A stretch of DNA of 64,000 nucleotides from Okamejei kenojei. Its lineage: Eukaryota. Both the position numbers and the translations under genes were made by a program. The notes under the pieces are model-generated. The model worked only from the letters and a program-made list of their open reading frames with translations, made no database searches and was not told where the DNA came from. The DNA lies in contig CM069133.1 in NCBI GenBank assembly GCA_035221665.1, positions 53,320,001 to 53,384,000 on the forward strand, in the 5' to 3' direction. Shown one piece after another: positions 39,500-51,250 of this stretch (within the stretch, counting starts at the first letter, position 1; the number at the start of each line of letters is the position of its first letter).

Positions 39500-42400
39500 G
39501 ACAAGAAGAGGGGGGGGGGGAGGGGGAGGGGAGGAGGGAGGGGGGAGAGGAAGAGAGAGAGGGGGGGGGGAGAGGGAGGAAGAGAGGGGGGGGGGAACAG
39601 GAGGAGGGAGAGGGGGGGAAGAAGACGAGATGGGTGGGGGGTCAGAAAAGAGAGCGGTGGAGAGAGGAGTGGTGAAGTGGGGGGGGGAAGAGAGATGGGG
39701 GGGGAAGGAGGGGGGAGTGAGAAAGAGAGATTGTGACGGTGGGGGGGAAAGGAGGAGGGGGGGGGAAAAGAGAGGAGGGGGGGGGGAAAAGAAGAGAGGG
39801 GGGGGGGAAGAGCGGGAGGGAGGGGGGGGAAGGGGGGGTGGGAAAGAAAGAGGGGGGGGGGGGGGGGGCGGGGAAGAGAGAGGAGGGGGGGGGGCGAAAA
39901 AAAGGAGCGCGGGGGGGAAAAGAGGAGGTGTGAGGGAAAGAAGGAGGAGGGAGGAGGGCGGGAAAGGGGGAGAGAGGGGGGGGGGAAAGGAAGTAAACAG
40001 AGCGAGAGGGGGGGGGGAGAGAGAGGTAGGGAAAGAAGAGATGGGGAGGGGGAAGAAAGAGGGGGGGGGAAAGGAGCATGGGGGGAAGAGAGAGGGGGGG
40101 GGAAAGGAGGGGTGGGCGAAAGAAGAGAGAGGGGGGGGAATAGATGGGGGGGGAAAGAGGGGTTGGGGGAAAGAATAGGGAAAGATGGGGGGAGAAGAGG
40201 GGTGGGGGGGAAAAAGAGGAGGGGCGAGGAAAATGGGGGGGAGAGAAAGAAGAGGGGGGGAAAAAGGGTGGAGAAAGAGGGGGGGAGGGAGAGAGGGGAG
40301 GTGGGGAAGAGAGGGGGGGGAAGAGAATGAAGGGGGGGACGATAGAGGGGGGGGGGAAAAGGAGGGGGGGGGAAAGATGGTTGGGGGGTGAGAGTGGTTG
40401 AGGGGAAAAGGAGTTAGGGAGGGGGGAAAGAGGGGGGGGGGAAAGAGAGTGGGGGGGGGGGAAGATGGGGGGGGGGAAGAGAGGGGGGGGAGAGAGGGGG
40501 GGGGGGAAATAAGGGGGAGGAAAGAGGGGTGGGGGGGGAAAGAAGGGGGGGGGGGAAAAAGAGGGGGGGGGAAGAGAGTGGGGGGGAAAGGGGGGGGGTA
40601 AAAAGGGGAAAGAAAAAAAAGGGGGGGCGGGAAGAAAGAGAGGGGGGGGAGGAGAGAGGGGGGGGGGAAAAAGAGGGGGGTGAAGAGAGGCGGTGGGAGG
40701 GGGGGGGGAAGAGGAGGGGGGGGAAAAGGGGGAGGGGGAGGGGGAAGGAGAAGAGGGGGGGGAGAAGAGAGGGGGGGGGGGAGAGAGGGGGGGCGGAGAA
40801 GAGGGGGGGGGGAAAGATGGGGGGGGGAAGAGAGGGGGAGGAGGAAGAGGTGGGGGAGGGAAGAAGAGGGGGAGGGGGAAGAGGGGGGGGGAAGAGAGCG
40901 GGGGGGGGCGAAGAGAGGAGAGAGGGGGGGAAGAGAGAAGAGAGGTGGGAGGGGAAGAGGGGGGGGGGAAGAGGGTGGTGGGGAAGAAGAGAGGGGGGGG
41001 GGGGAAAGAAGAGAGGGAGGGGGGGAAGAGAGCGGAAGAGAGGGGGGGGAAGAGGGGGGGGAAGATCGGAAGAGAGGGGGGGGGGAAGAGGGGGGGGGGA
41101 AGAGAGGGGGGGGAAAGAAGAGGGGGGGGGAAAGAGGGGGGGGGGGGAAAAGAGGAGTAAGGGGGGGGAAAGAGGGGGGGGGGATGCGAGGGGGGGGGGG
41201 AGAGGGGAGGGGAAGAGGTGGGGGAAAGAGGTGGGGGAAGAAAGGGGGGGGGGAGGGGGGGAAGCGAGGGGGGGGAAGAGGGGGGGGGGGGAGAGGGGGG
41301 GGGATGAGGGAGTGGGGGGGTTGTAGCGGGGGGGCGAGGGGGGGGGGGAAGAAACAGGGGGGGTAGAGGGGGGGGGAAGGTGGGCGGGGAAGAACAGGGG
41401 GTAGGGGGAACAGGGGGGGGGAACAGGGGGGGGGGAAGAGGGGGGGGAAGAGAGGGGGGGAGGAACAGGGGGGGTGGGGAGGGGTGGGGGTGAAAAGGGG
41501 GGGGGAAGGGTGGGGGGGGTGGAGAGATGGGGTGGGAACGGCGGGAACGAGCGGGGAAGAGAGGGGGTGACAGAGAGACAGAGAGGTGGGGGGGGTTGAG
41601 AGGGGGGGGGGAGAGAAGGGGGGGGAATGAGAGGGGGGGGGGGAGGGAGAGACGGGGGGGGGAGGAGGAGAGGCGGGGGGAAGACGAGGGGGCGATGGTG
41701 AGGGAGGGAGCGTCGTACGGGCGGGACGAGGGGGGACGGGGGGGGGGGGACGGACGGGGGGGGGGGGAACGGGGGGGGGGGGGGACCGGAGGGTGAGGGG
41801 ACGGAGAGGGGGTGGAGACGGACGGGGGGGAAGACGGAGGGGGGGAGGAGACGGAGGGGGGGGGAGAGTACGCGGGAGGGGGGGGGGAGAGCAGTAGGGG
41901 GGGGAGGAAGACCAGGACGGGGAGGGGGAGCGAGACCAGACAGACAGGCCCGAGAGGGGGATAGGACAGACAGGGGGGGAGGTGAGACAGAGGGGGGGTG
42001 GAGAGGGGACAGGGGGGGAGACGAGGGGGGGGGGAGACAGACAGTGGGGGGGGGACAGAGGGCGGAGGGGGAGACAGAGGGGGAGAGGGGAGGGAGGAGG
42101 GCGGGGAGAGAAGGAGACGCGGGAGACGACGACAGAGGGGGGGAGACGCGGGGGGAGAGGGGGGGGGGGAGAGGGGAGGGAGAACACAGAGGGGGGGAGA
42201 ACGGAGGGTAGACGGGACGACAGGGAGGGGGGGTGGGACGACAGTGGAGGGGGGAGGGACGACAAGAGAGAGGGGGGGGAAAGAGGTCAGAGAGGGGGGG
42301 AGGGACGACCGACAGGGGGGGGATGGTGGGAGTAGGGCGGGGGGGCGAACAGGGGGCGAGAGACGACAGGGGGGGAGAGGACGACGGAGGGGGGGGGGAC

Positions 42401-44010
42401 ACGAACACGGGGGGGGGGGTGAGACGGGGGGGGGGGGAGACGACAGGGGGGGGGGGAGGGCGACAGAGGGGGTGAGGGGGCTGGAGGGGGGGGTGGGCAC
42501 GACAGAGGGGGGGGGGACACAGTGAGGGGGGGGGGACAGAGTGGGGGGGGAGAGACGACAGTGGGCACCGGAGAGGAGACACACGAGGGGGGGAGGTGAG
42601 ACACGACAGGGAGACAGAGGACGGGACGTAGACCACCAGAAGGGGTGGGGAGACAGAGGGTGGGAGACAGACAGAGGGGGGGGGGGAGGAGAAAGAGGGG
42701 GGGGGGAGACAGAGGGGGGGAGGACGACCACAGAGGGGGGGGGAGAGTCGGACGACGCGGGGGGGGGCAGACATGGGGGGACGACAGCAGTGGGGGACGG
42801 GGGACACGAGGGCGGGGGGATGACACCACATGGGGGGAGACAGGGGGGGGGCAGGTGGGGGGGCATGCAGTGGGGGGGGGCGAGGGGGGAGGGGGGCTAG
42901 AGACGACCCCCACAGAGGGGTAGCACGACCACAAGTGGGGGTGGGGAGCAGAGGGGGGGGGAGGAGGGAAGAGGGGGGGGGGGGGAGGCACCAGAACGGG
43001 GGGACCACAGAGGAGACAAAGGGGGGGGGACCCACAGAGGGGGGGGAGGTGGGGGGGACCACAGAGGAGGGGGGGGACACAGGAGGGGGGAGACCGAGGT
43101 GGGGGGGAGGGGGGACGGACAGAGGGGGGGGGGACAGAGGGGGGGGAGACAGAGGGGGGGGAGACATTGGCAGGGGGGGGACCACAGGGGGGGGTACCAG
43201 GGGGGCGGAGACAGAGGGAGTGGGGAGAGAAGACCGGGAGAGGGGGGGGGAAGGGCAACGGGGGGGGGAACGGGGGGGGGGCGACGACGGGGGGGGGAGG
43301 ACGGGAGACGGAGGGGGGACAGACCGGGGGGGGGAGACGGGGGGGGGGCGAGACCGGGGGGGGGGGATAGACAGGGGGGTGGGGGAAGACATGGGGGGGG
43401 GGAGCACCAGAGGGGGGGGGGGAGGGAGACGGCGGGGGAGGGGGGGGGGAGAGCGGGGGGGGAGAGCAGAGAGGGGGGGGAGACAGAGGAGGGGGGGGAG
43501 AACAGAGGAGGGGGGGGAGACAGAGGGAGGGGGGGAGACAGAGGAGGGGGGGGAGACCTGTCCCCCCAGAGGAGGGGGGGGGAGACAGAGGAGGGGGGGG
43601 AGAGACTATGAGAGGGGGGGGGGAGGGGGAGACAGCACAGGGGGGGGGGGGGGGAGACAGAGGAGGGGGAGACAGTGACAGAGAAAGGGGGGTGAGGAGA
43701 GACAGAATGGGGGGTGAGCGAGACAGAGAATGGGGGAGAGAGAGACAGAGAATGGGGGAGAGAGAGAGAGACAGAGAAAGGGGGGAGAAAAGAGAGGACA
43801 GAGAAAGGGGGGAGCAAGACAGAGAATGGGGGAGAGAGAGAGAGGAGAAAGGGAAGATAGGAGAGAAGAGAGACGAGGATCAGAAAAGGGGGGAAAAGGG
43901 GGCGAGAGAGTGACAGAGAAAAAGGGGGGAGAGAGAGTTGCCAGAGAAAGGGGGGAAGAGGAGAGAGAGAGACAGAGACAGGAAATTATGGGGGACGAGA
44001 GAGAGAAGGA
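39500..44010. repeat. 4.5-kb G/purine-rich low-complexity tract: (Gn-AAGA) units grading into (Gn-AGACAGA) units
   Basis: Seen directly. The polyG runs of irregular length suggest a poorly resolved tandem repeat. Confidence 0.95.
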
Positions 44011-44514
44011 ACCATAAAGCACTCTGCAAAAGACACTAATGATCCTACTGCTGAACCCTGGCCAGGATTGCAGCTCACACTCCGACCCCACCACAGCACA
44101 TAAACCTGCATTCTACCACATGAAGCCAATTAAAGTCGAAGGGGCCCCTCGACATACTATCAATTTCAGCCGAAGCTCTATCACATGAACTCGCTGTTCT
44201 GTCCAGTAGAAGCACTCAAGCTACAACTGACTGCATGCAACTCAAAAGACGAGCTGAAAATCTCTCCCTGTGAAAGTTTTACAGCAGTCGCCTCTAGCAG
44301 TTTGATTTCCGTCCTCCTTGTCCTGAAGCTGAGCAGAGGACGAGTGCGCCCACAGCAGCCTAGGGAGCTCAGTGACAACAAACGGAGCAAGTTTTATACC
44401 AGAGGAGCACAGTATGGCAAGATGAAGGAAGGAAGGATGCTCGGACAGTAAGCCGAGGAGGAAGTCCAAAACCACTTTATGCAGGGAACAAAAATAATTA
44501 AAAATCAAACTCAC

Positions 44515-44610
44515 CTGTTGGGACATTCTGAATAGCAGGTTAGTCTCGGTGTTCGGCCATGTCCCCATGAAAGCAGGCTCTGTGGATGCTGCTCCTGTGT
44601 TGAACTGCAT
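44515..44610 (-). CDS. bnc2: Basonuclin-2 coding exon (32 codons, ends phase 0); the remaining exons lie beyond position 1
   Basis: The translation MQFNTGAASTEPAFMGTWPNTETNLLFRMSQQ closely matches my recollection of human BNC2 MQFGTRTTTAEPGFMGTWQNADTNLLFRMSQQ. It ends at a canonical CAG|GTGAGT donor (intron starts 44514), where the human exon also ends before AIRCTL. Confidence 0.92.
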
Positions 44611-44763
44611 GGAGTAGTTGGGTACTTGAATCTCTTAAAGTGAAGTCACTTGCTCTGTGCCTCTCTCACTTTCCCCTCTCTCCCCCGCTCTCTTTAACTC
44701 ACATTCTCTTCTGCTGCTGCTGCTGCTGATGAAAGATATTGGTGGGGTTTTTGAGGCGCTTGC
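44611..44763 (-). other. bnc2: Probable 5' (untranslated here) part of the same bnc2 exon
   Basis: Residual similarity to human RARDLTLRDSCT (RASDFTLRDSST), but out of frame and with stops. Candidate acceptor cttcactgcacttcttagcgttgacAG|G, AG at 44765-44764. Contains (CAG)6 at 44711-44728. Confidence 0.5.
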
Positions 44764-45882
44764 CTGTCAACGCTAAGAAGTGCAGTGAAGAATCTGGCTG
44801 CAACTGTGTTTTCCTCGGGGGTCACTGCTCCGTTCGCACCTCCTGAAGATACCCCGATCATTTATGCATCGACTGTGACTCCCTAAGCACGCCCTGTGCA
44901 GCTTAACAGCTGCCAGTCAGGTGTGCGGGCTGCAGGGACGAGTCCTGACCATCAGCTCACCCTCCCAGCCACTCGATGTCATCGGAGAACAGGGCAAAGA
45001 ACTCAAAGCTCTTGCATTACTTGCAGACACAGAATTACATCCTGTGGCAACCCTGCACAGGCCAACTTGGGGCTGGAGACCAGAGGAGTTGGTGAGAAAT
45101 TGCATTCAACCACACAAAGCTGGACAATTTAAAGATTCAGACTACTTGGGGGGAGGGGGGGGGGTGGGGGGGGGGGGGGAGAGTGTCATTTTCTGACAAT
45201 CCTTCGCTTCTTTTGAAGCTGAGAATGATAATAGAAACTCACCCTTTAGCGCACTGGAAAGCACTCAAGGGGTAGTTCACTATCATTAGGGCACCAGTGA
45301 GAAATAATGAGCAAATGTACACAAAACTGACACAAATGCACGTTCCACCCTCCCACCCTCTCTTGCCCCTTAGAAGCTTTCCTGCCAAAACTTTCCCTCA
45401 GCAAGTACATTCAATTCACTGCCATTACATTACAAAAAAAAAAAAACACACCAAGACAGAAAATGCTAGACTTAAGAAAAAAGGACACACAAACAATAAG
45501 GAATAAAAGAACCCCGAATCATTTCGGCAGTGTCCCAGCTAACTGGGAGGAATCCTGTAGGTGGAATGTGCACTGTTGCCAATAATGTCACGCAGTAAGT
45601 AGCTTGCACTCGCCAGCCTCGTCCCGCTCCTGCTAACTCCCTTTCAACATTAGCTAGCCTCTTGATTCCTGAAGTGGCACTTCGGCTCTCCAGTCAAGCA
45701 ACATCCTGCGCTTCTGACCTCCCCACTAATGGCAGTTATTTGTGAGCCTCTAAAGGACACTGCCAATAGCGTGTTCTCCCTGCGTCCCGCAGCACTCCCC
45801 GTCTCCTCCGCCTGCAGCAGCGGCACCTGCAGTAATAGACTCCTTTATTAAAACTGTTATTCTGCAAGACTTGGAATTCCCC

Positions 45883-46023
45883 NNNNNNNNNNNNNNNNNN
45901 NNNNNNNNNNNNNNNNNNNNNNNNNNNNNNNNNNNNNNNNNNNNNNNNNNNNNNNNNNNNNNNNNNNNNNNNNNNNNNNNNNNNNNNNNNNNNNNNNNNN
46001 NNNNNNNNNNNNNNNNNNNNNNN
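45883..46023. other. N-run (141 nt)
   Basis: Seen directly. Confidence 0.99.
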
Positions 46024-47699
46024 GAGCAATGCGTTGGGCTCAGGCTGAACTCAGGGAGCTTTCCCAAACAAAGGGCTAATTTGGAGTCCTGCTGTGAACA
46101 ATCTGTATTGGAATTAGCTTTTTTAAAAAAACTCTGCAGCCCCATAACTAAACGTGACAGAGCGAGCAAAGCAGTTTATTAAGATACCAACTCCAAGTGC
46201 TTTTAGTTCATAAACTTGCCCTTAGTAAAATCAATAGAGTCTGTACAGGGATTATTGGACTGACTAACTAATACATCCAGTTCCAGGCCTCCCATCCAAG
46301 AGTGTTCGGCAAGGTCTCGGGGTCGGAGGAATGCTTTTGTGCCGGCTTTGCTTTCCTCCGCTGACTTCGCTCTTGTGGACATGGACGGAGAAACCCAGCC
46401 GGCTGACGATGACCCAGTCAGTCCTCATCCTTCCAGTGCAAAACTGCGAATTGTCAGACGAGAATGTGCAAGGATGTCAAAGTTTTGCATCACGCAGACG
46501 CTGATCTGTAAATACTTTCCTATTCACACGTTGGGGACAGTCGACTGACCGACCTTTGCTGGGTATCCAGAAACTGTTTCCCACTTTCTCATATTAGGGG
46601 AAAATCAACGCTTGTGTGGAATAATTCTAATTTTTAAATAAAACATAGAGATAAAACAATGCAGCTTTTTGTTACGCGGGATGTGAGCAATAGAACATTA
46701 AGGTATGTAATTTGTCAGAATAATTGCTGCTGTTAAACTAGATTATTTAAAAAATCCAATAAAAATCCCAGCCCTTGCGAGAAAAGCAGCGACTGGAAGT
46801 ATTTACAAACACAACATCAAACTTATTAATGTCGAGATTCAGGAATAACTTCCGTTGATGTGGGACAACGTGGATCGAGGGGTGACAGTCACCAGCAAAG
46901 GGTTGTTTGTGCTCCGTTTGGAAACAAGACAGAAGTGCCGCACCATCGGGCAGACTCGCCATGTGTGTCTCAGACTCTCGCCAGCCTCTTCTCACCTAAA
47001 CTGGCCCCTGTCTCTGCAGATTCAACATCCCCCTGAAGTCCGTATTATTTCATCCACAATTTAGCAATTGGAACGCGCAGATAAAATATCTACTATAAAT
47101 ATATTTTATCGAATTGTTTTCCCTTTAACGTTGATTCTTAATTCAAATCAAATTCTACGCACTAGGTGGTTATTTATCTTGCCCAGAAAAGAAAAAAATA
47201 ATCACTGGAAAAAAGCTCTCCTTTTGTTTTACGCACTTTTTTCTCCTACTGTGGACAATCATAGATCTTCGTTTCCAGGGATATTCTCAGTCCAATTTTA
47301 GACTTATTTTTTTGTGAAGTAACCATACCAAATTAGTTTTTCCCAATGTAGGGAAACAAAATTAAAACTATATATTTGCATACAGACAAATGATAAAACA
47401 GTCCTCCCCTTTGCAGTCACAATAGTATGTTCCCGGCATCCCTAATTGTTTATCAATAGGAAAACCATGTTTTAACGTGCATTTTAACACAATCCAATTG
47501 CAGTAAAAAAAAATAAAATGAGGATTCAACATCTGAGAGAGATGATGCCGAGTTTTTCCAGTCACGGACTCGAACTTCTTACTTCAGACTTCCAGGGAGC
47601 TTTCTCCTCCGCGTGGGAGCTTTGAACGTATAAAGGTAAAGATGTAACAATTACTAATTTTGGGATGGAGCCGAGCCATTTCAGCAGCAAGGGGTTCTA

Positions 47700-49000
47700 A
47701 TCTCTTTTAGTATCTGGCATGCAGGGAAGTGGGTGAAAGATCAGCGGTTTGTTCATGTGACCCCCGTGTGTTGCTAATGGCTCAGAGGGACAGAACTGTC
47801 ACTGTTGCCGCCCAAGACAGCGCGGCCTCATCGGCACATGACGGCCGGGCATGTGGACCAACGCGCTCCTCTCTGCTGTCACGGCGAGGCATGTCGAGCC
47901 TTCCGTGCCGGACCTGGTGTTGTGCCCCTCACCCCGAGGGAGCGTCTTTGCTGCCCCGCCTCAGGCTGGGGCGCAGCATCGCGGGGCCGGCCAGCCCCCT
48001 CGGCCCATGGGCAACCGCTCCAGTCAGTGCTCACCGAGACGCCAGCTAGCTTCTAACCACCAAACATTTGCACCATTTGCTTCCAACATTTTCAGAAAAC
48101 CATCAACGTCTCCTGCACCCCGCAACCCAGACACGGTCCTGTTTGTGGCGGCCACAATCCGCCCGCCTTGGCGCACGGCGCTCGGTAAAGCAAGAAAGTG
48201 CCGATGTTAACAGTGAGCCTGAATGCGCGGTGCCCGAGGATGGTCACAGCGCTGTCCGGGGACATGCACATTCATCTCGCACCTCACCGCAATCTCTCCA
48301 CTGCAAGCAACGCCGGCAACAGTGCTGCAGAGTGCCCCGAGCCCACAAAAAGGCGCCAGTGAAATGCAAGTCTGACTTTCTGCTTTAATAAATGTATATT
48401 GCGGGGGTTAGTTGCATCTATTTATCGGCGCAGGCTGGAGGAACTCCCTACACTCAGAGACCGAGGTGGAATAAGGGGCAGTTTGAGGTTAAACCTGGGA
48501 ATGAGGAGTGAAAAGTTATGTACAGATGGGCTTGGAGCGGTGCCCTGAAGAAGATTCAGAGGAGAATCCTGCAATCCCGTTGATTTGTTTTGGTAATCCC
48601 CGAGAATGAAAATCCACCGTAGAACAGGCCGACACCGAGCTAACTTTCCAGGCGCACTGACAATCGCTAATCCCATTCTCGCCTCTCGCAGGGGAAATAC
48701 ACGAGTGTGGTTTTGCAGAGCGCTTTATCAAAGGGAAACGTTTTCCTCCGCACCGTCTGAAAGCCCAAGGGAACTTGTTTTGAAGTGCTGCGCAGGAAAA
48801 TGTTCCTCTCGGGGAAAAAAAAAACCTGCTCCCGGAAACTTGGCGGGCAGCTGAACTGGAAGTGTAAAGACTGACTGCAGTCTGTCTGTACACTGGGAAC
48901 ATTAGCAACGGATATCAGCGACGGGCAGTGCACGGGATGCAGAGCGGCCGCATTCACTATCTCCAGTGGAGAAGCTGAATACGTCGGCCGCGATGTCCAC
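47700..49000. promoter_or_regulatory. CpG-island-like region upstream (minus strand) of the bnc2 exon
   Basis: High GC and CpG content (gcatcgcggggccggcc, ggcgcacggcgctcgg); no TE signature seen. Confidence 0.5.
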
Positions 49001-50049
49001 TTCAACTGTGGCAGAACCCTTCATCACACTCCCATTGCGGCCCTACAACTTTTTTCTTTGTTCCTTTTCAAGTAGTTTACTTCTTCCTTTTGGGGAATTT
49101 CTTGTGAATCCGCTTCCAATGTCATCACTGCAACGCAAAAAAATATTTCCCGTTAACAGCCACCCAGTCCCATTGCCAATCACTTTAAAAACATGTCTTT
49201 TTGCCGTTCTCCACTCTCCCGGAACAGAATAAGGAGACACTTTTGAAAATCCCCAATGAATCTCCCCCTCAATCGCTCTGCCATTCTCCATCCTCTCTGG
49301 TACGACTCAGGAAAATTCCTGAGCGCCCGATCTCGGGCCTTTGATGCAAAGATTCCCTTCATTGGAGGAGCAGGATTTGAGTCTGTTAAAATCAGCGAAT
49401 GAGGTGGAAAATTGGCTTCAAAATACACAGTGGAAGTGAGCACAGTTAATTTAACTCATGATAATGCCACAGAATAAAAAAGGAATAAGAAAATAAATAA
49501 TCGTGCACTTGGCATGGTAATGACCCTGTAAAAAAGAATCTCCATATGGGTCCAACAACGGACATTTCCTCCTCTCTGATGTCCTTCCACAGGACATACA
49601 TTGCAGCAATGTCACAACCGAACCCTCATCATCTGCTCTTCATCACACCCGTCAAACCTGCACAGCAATTGGCATTTCAGCCCCTCAATTCCTGACTGCC
49701 CTTTCTGCTGTCTCATACACGCAAAAGATTAGTGGCTGCTCCTGCTGGCAGGGCTGTGTGTTCCGAACTGCAGGAACCACATCATTCATTGGAATTTTTA
49801 ACTATTTGCTGTGGGAAAGAAATTATTTTCTACAACTATTTTCTTTTTGTGTTACAGTGACATGGAAACATTAAAAAAAATCCGCCAATCAATTAGCTAG
49901 GCCCAAGTTACAGAGGCATTTTAGCAAATCTGTTCATAATAAGATCAATAGAAACGTCCCAGCATTCAGTCAGATTTCAGGCTGGCTTTGTGTGGTCAAA
50001 ATGAAGCAAAGCTTTTGCTGAAACCAACTGAAACAATTTCAGCCTGTGT

Positions 50050-50384
50050 ACGATACGAAACGACAAGATAAAACGTTATTCATCCCCTGAGGGAAATTGG
50101 CCTGCTGACAGTCACAGCACACAAGGTACACAGAAACTTGAAATTAAAAGTAAAAAGAAAAAGACAAGCAACTGTTGTCTGGCTGCCGTGTGCACAGCGC
50201 CTTCACTGGAACAAACGAACAAACACACAAATGACACAGACTTATCCCCTGGGCAGAGGATTCTAATCTGGAATCACCCCCCCCCCCCCCCCCCACCCCC
50301 CCCCCCCCCCCCCCCCCCCCGTGTCCCCCATTGTTTTATCCACTTAGGTAGCCCCAAGCTGGGAAAAGGGGAAGTGGAAAAGGG

Positions 50385-50435
<51 letters not shown>

Positions 50436-51250
50436 TTCAGTCAATTAAAGTAAGCATGCAGGTACAGCAGGCAGTGAAGAAAACCAATGGCGTGTTGGTC
50501 TTCATAACAAGAGGAGTTGTGTATAGGAGCAAAGAGGTCCTTCTGCAGTTGAACAAGGCCCTAGTGAGACCACAACTAGAGTATTGTGTGCAGTTTTGGT
50601 CTACAAATTTGTGGAAGGACATTCTTGCTATTGAGGGAGTGCAGCATAGGTTTACAAGGTTAATTCCCGGGATGCCGGGACTGTCAAATGCTGAGAGAAT
50701 CGAGCAGCTGGGCTTGTACACTCTGGAATTAAGAAGGATGAGTGGGAATCCTATTGAAACATATAAGATTATTAAGGGTTTGGACACGCTAGTGGCAGGA
50801 AACAAGTTCCCGATGTTGGGGGGAGTCCAGAACCAGGGGCCACAGTTTAAGATTATGAACGGTGATGAGGAAACACTTTTTCACCCAGAGAGTTGTGAAT
50901 CTGTGGAATTCTCTGCCTCAGAGGGCAGTGGAGGCCGGTTCTCTGGAAACTTTCAAGAGAGAGCTAGAGAGGGCACTTGAAGACCATGGAGTCAGGGGAT
51001 ATGGGGAGAAGGCAGGAACGGGGCACTGATTGTGGATGATCAGCCATGATCACATTGAATGGCGGTGCTGGCTTGAAGGGCTCGATGGCCTACTCCTGCA
51101 CCTATTGTCTATTGTTCTCCCAGCGTCCTTCATGGCGGCCCCCCCAGTCTTCACGGTGCCGGGTCCCCATTGTCTTCCCCTCCTCCCCTCATGCTCATCA
51201 ACCGCGAGGCCCCACCACCGCCGAGGCTCCCGTAGCTGCCGAGACCCAAG
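50050..51250 (-). mobile_element. LINE-type 3' tail (minus strand) interrupted by polyC runs and a CR1
   Basis: acgatacgaaacgac..aaacgttattcatcccctgagggaaatt looks like a reverse-oriented 3' end; GC-rich sequence resumes at 51113 after the CR1. Confidence 0.4.
50438..51112 (+). mobile_element. 5'-truncated CR1
   Basis: ORF 50456-50980 reads MQVQQAVKK..LVRPQLEYCVQFW..LAIEGVQHRFTRLIPG; the tail is tattgtctattg. Confidence 0.95.

Noticed and set aside
39422-44094. Very long Pro-rich (947, 1074, 997 aa) and Gly/Arg/Glu-rich ORFs resembling extensins or formins
   Set aside because: All frames are open because the G/purine tract lacks stop codons. There is no splice structure or domain, so this is a low-complexity artefact.
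44242-44514. Continuation of the 122-aa ORF beyond MSQQ
   Set aside because: Read-through into the intron past the GTGAGT donor; BNC2 similarity stops at the donor.
50277-50435. Long polyC runs (also 7646-7677, 16841-16861 and 21531-21565) as G4 elements
   Set aside because: Homopolymer lengths are unreliable in this assembly and mostly lie within TE remnants.
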